Below, in pieces: positions 62,053-64,000 of a DNA stretch of 64,000 bases (positions within the stretch are counted from its first letter, which is position 1; each line of letters starts with the position of its first letter). The notes below the pieces were generated by a model that saw only the letters and a list, made by a program, of their open reading frames with translations, did no database searches and was not told the origin of the DNA. The position numbers were made by a program, and so were the translations under genes. The DNA is from an uncultured delta proteobacterium. Its GTDB lineage: Bacteria; Desulfobacterota; Binatia; UBA9968. The DNA is taken from positions 1 to 64,000 of the forward strand of contig CAVSHR010000003.1 of NCBI GenBank assembly GCA_963727625.1, written 5' to 3'.

Positions 62053-63159
62053 ATGGAAATTAAAGCCAAGCGGGAGGGGCTTCTCGCCACGCTTTATTGG
62101 ACTCAGAGCATCGTCGAACGGCGCAACACCATGCCGATTCTCGCCAACGTCTTGTTCGAGGCCGTCAAAGGATCGATTCGCGTTACCGCTACGGATTTGG
62201 AAGTTGGTGTCAGGGGAGAAATTGACGGCGATGTCGCAAAAGAGGGTACGATAACCGTCAACGCTAAGAAGATCTTCGAAATAATCCGCGAAGTTCCTAA
62301 CGACCAAGTGCAAATAAAACGCTTGGAAAACGACTGGGTAGAAATTCGCAGCGGCAAATCGGTGTTTAAAATCGTCGGCATCGATGCCAAGGAGTTTCCT
62401 CAGTTTCCGAAATTCGATAGCAATGCACTGTCATCTACTCCCGCATCGACGATTCGCGAAATGATCGAGCGCACGCTTTTTTCCGTTTCGACGGATGAAA
62501 CGCGCTACAGTTTGAACGGCGTGCTTGTCGAACAGGGCGACGGCGGCAAGATCAGAATGGTAGCTACTGACGGCCACCGCCTAGCGTTTGAGGAAAGGTC
62601 GGTGGGCTCCTTCGGCTTGACCAAAGGGGTAATCCTGCCGCGTAAGGGATTAGCGGAATTAAAAAAGCTCTTGGAAGACGGCGCCGACGGTGCCGTGTCG
62701 CTTGGTTTCGTGGAAAACATGGGGCTGGTAACTAAGGATAAGATAGAGCTATTTATGCGTCTTATCGACGGCGATTTTCCCGATTACACTAAGGTGATTC
62801 CAAAAGGGAATCCGAGCATCGTCAAACTGGAGCATGACGAGTTGCTCCAGGCTTTGCGTCGCGTGTCTATTTTGTCGAGTGAACGGTATAAGGGCATTCG
62901 CATGGAGTTTAGCGACGGCAAAGTGGCTATCTCTGCGAACAACCCGGACTTAGGCGAGGCGGTAGAGGAAATTGAGGCTGAATATAAAGGTAAGCCGCTG
63001 TCAATCGGCTTTAATGCGCGCTATTTGATCGATGTCTTGGGAGTTTTGGGCGGCGGTGGCGAAATTGATATCGAGCTCAAAGACGAGCTGAGCCCAAGCG
63101 TAATTCGCAAGGCCGGCGTAGACAGCTACCTTTATGTTTTAATGCCAATGAGACTTTAA
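62053..63159 (+). CDS. dnaN: DNA polymerase III beta clamp
   Basis: 'ATDLE', 'ATDGHRL', 'LIDGDFPDY', 'IGFNARY', 'MPMRL'. Confidence 0.98.
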   Translation: MEIKAKREGLLATLYWTQSIVERRNTMPILANVLFEAVKGSIRVTATDLEVGVRGEIDGDVAKEGTITVNAKKIFEIIREVPNDQVQIKRLENDWVEIRSGKSVFKIVGIDAKEFPQFPKFDSNALSSTPASTIREMIERTLFSVSTDETRYSLNGVLVEQGDGGKIRMVATDGHRLAFEERSVGSFGLTKGVILPRKGLAELKKLLEDGADGAVSLGFVENMGLVTKDKIELFMRLIDGDFPDYTKVIPKGNPSIVKLEHDELLQALRRVSILSSERYKGIRMEFSDGKVAISANNPDLGEAVEEIEAEYKGKPLSIGFNARYLIDVLGVLGGGGEIDIELKDELSPSVIRKAGVDSYLYVLMPMRL

Positions 63160-63215
63160 TGTTGAGTATAGCTGGCAAAAAAAAGATTAGTAATCCGCAA
63201 TAAGAATTAGCTTTT

Positions 63216-64000
63216 CTAGCTCCGGTACTTTGCGTCGAGCGCGTACTTTTTATCCAAGCCGACGATTTCGTTGAATTCATTGAACGGCATCAGCCGATCC
63301 AAAATCGCTAGAGTCGATCCATCTTTCCGCAAAGTCGTGTAAACATCGGTTAAAGATTTTGCCACCGAATAGAGCGGCGCCAAAGGCCAGACTACTAATT
63401 CGAAACCTAAATCCCTCAGCTCTTTCGGTCCCATCAGCGGTGTAACTCCGCGCTCCAGCATATTGGCGACCAGCGGCCCCGGCACTTCTCTAGCGATCTC
63501 TTTCATTTCCTCTTTTGATTCAGGTGCTTCAATAAACACTGCATCGGCGCCGGCGGCTTTGAAAGCGAGGCCGCGACGAATCGCCTCGGCAAGCCCTAGA
63601 GCCTGGCGCGAGTCGGTCCGCGCAACGATGAAAAAATCGCTCTTGCCCTTTGCGTCGACCGCTGCCCGCAGTTTCTTAAGTTGCTCATCGAGCGAAATGA
63701 CCTGCTTACCTTGCATATGGCCGCAACGTTTTGGCCAAACTTGATCTTCCAGAAACATCCCCGCCGCGCCGGCGCGGAGCAGTTCCTCAACGGTGCGAAT
63801 CACGTTGATCGAATTACCATAGCCGGTGTCGGCATCGACGATTACGGGCGTATCGACCACGGCGCAAATCCGTCGTGCTGCCGCGACCACTTCGGACTGA
63901 GTCAGCAAACCGAAATCCGGTTCACCGAGAAGCGTTGCCGACAGGCTGTAACCGGTGATGAAAATAACTTCGAAACCGGCGCGGTCGGCAATTTTTGCGC
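63216..64000 (-). CDS. Isocitrate lyase/PEP mutase family (methylisocitrate lyase-like), 5' end beyond window
   Basis: 'DADTGYG', 'LEDQVWPKRCGH', 'ARTD', 'AGADAVFIEAP'. Confidence 0.9.
   Translation of the reverse strand, partial: AKIADRAGFEVIFITGYSLSATLLGEPDFGLLTQSEVVAAARRICAVVDTPVIVDADTGYGNSINVIRTVEELLRAGAAGMFLEDQVWPKRCGHMQGKQVISLDEQLKKLRAAVDAKGKSDFFIVARTDSRQALGLAEAIRRGLAFKAAGADAVFIEAPESKEEMKEIAREVPGPLVANMLERGVTPLMGPKELRDLGFELVVWPLAPLYSVAKSLTDVYTTLRKDGSTLAILDRLMPFNEFNEIVGLDKKYALDAKYRS

Overview
64-kb bacterial window. Gene content and order look Deltaproteobacteria-like (possibly Binatota; this is inference). It has two parts. (1) Positions 1 to ~23.3 kb are an accessory island ending at a displaced 3' half of tRNA-Thr(CGT), a likely attR. 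The island carries a tripartite tricarboxylate transporter, aromatic/CoA catabolic genes, a frameshifted Mrr-type nuclease, a DUF433/DUF5615 toxin-antitoxin pair and an AEP-primase/SF2-helicase (TOTE-like) gene. It also carries a surface protein behind a sigma54 promoter and a c-di-GMP-I riboswitch, a degenerate GGDEF protein, several IS remnants, and a nested insertion (group II intron inside an ISL3 inside an ABC substrate-binding pseudogene). (2) The rest is core chromosome: a type IV pilus cluster, ppdK, recO, grpE-dnaK-dnaJ-lon, thiL-larB, LPS/sugar genes, the atp Fo genes, hemL and dnaA-oriC-dnaN. The most striking feature is in the pilus cluster. The usual pilS-pilR two-component pair is replaced by one 703-aa protein joining the PilS membrane/PAS sensor directly to the PilR sigma54 AAA+/HTH output, with no kinase or receiver domain. 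pilT is also missing from its usual slot. All calls are by eye from motifs; no database searches were run.
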